Below, piece by piece: positions 63,911-64,000 of a stretch of DNA of 64,000 nt (its first letter is position 1; the number at the start of each line of letters is the position of its first letter). The notes below the pieces were generated by a model, which searched no databases, was not told the origin of the DNA, and worked only from the letters and a program-made list of their open reading frames with translations. The position numbers and the translations under genes were made by a program. The DNA is from an uncultured Thermoleophilia bacterium. GTDB lineage: Bacteria > Actinomycetota > Thermoleophilia > Solirubrobacterales > 70-9. The stretch is from assembly GCA_963841715.1 (NCBI GenBank), contig CAWJDP010000001.1, positions 340,045 to 404,044 of the forward strand. Reading direction: 5' to 3'.

Positions 63911-64000
63911 ATGGGGAGCGAGGCGGTCCAGAAGCGATTCGGCCCCTATGGGGGCCGCTACGTGCCGGAGACGCTGATCGCCGCGCTCGACGAGCTCAGT
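63911..64000 (+). CDS. trpB: Tryptophan synthase beta chain (3' end cut by window edge)
   Basis: The ATG at 63911 gives MGSEAVQKRFGPYGGRYVPETLIAALDEL, the canonical TrpB N-terminus. It is not in the ORF track because no stop falls inside the window. Confidence 0.85.
   Translation, partial: MGSEAVQKRFGPYGGRYVPETLIAALDELS

Overview
This is a GC-rich bacterial chromosome segment (about 70 percent GC by eye, not computed). It is most likely from an actinobacterium, but genus cannot be assigned from sequence alone.

About two thirds of the window is a tightly packed housekeeping backbone, mostly on the + strand:
- mreB-mreC-mreD-pbp2-rodA, then RNase E/G-rplU-rpmA-obg-proB-proA-nadD-rsfS.
- After a gap: leuS, comEA-comEC, holA, rpsT (on the - strand), murJ, lepA, hrcA-dnaJ-prmA, murI, yqeY-phoH-ybeY, era.
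- Then hisIE-trpE-trpG-trpD-trpC-(htrA-like)-trpF-trpB.
- Many neighbouring genes share 4-nt ATGA/GTGA/TTGA stop-start overlaps.

Between rsfS and leuS (about 13.3-32.2 kb) lies a variable segment containing tRNA-Ala(GGC). It carries hydrolases, cupins, a TetR-cupin-VOC-SDR operon with a perfect 20-bp operator palindrome, an OmpR/histidine-kinase pair, an MFS exporter and several unknown secreted or membrane proteins. No integrase or transposase is visible. Gene decay in this segment is conspicuous:
- a Tap-like peptidase with about 3 frame breaks,
- a GT1 glycosyltransferase broken in a C-run,
- an alpha/beta hydrolase with its core deleted,
- a DedA remnant,
- an in-frame TGA separating two coding segments.

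trpE in the otherwise intact trp operon also carries a frame break.

Other points worth a second look:
- a recurrent TANNNT-N7/8-start-codon arrangement, implying leaderless mRNAs;
- a recurring CTAGAATC octamer;
- probable CTG starts for comEC and era;
- an ATP-grasp gene translationally coupled to prmA;
- two NTF2-like paralogues bracketing lepA;
- an L21 with a histone-H1-like AKKP tail.

I did not recognise any CRISPR array, known defence system or mobile element. The best candidate for an undescribed module is the three-gene block of unknowns at 30.5-32.1 kb.

All family names come from motif and architecture recognition by eye. No database search was run, and start codons are provisional.
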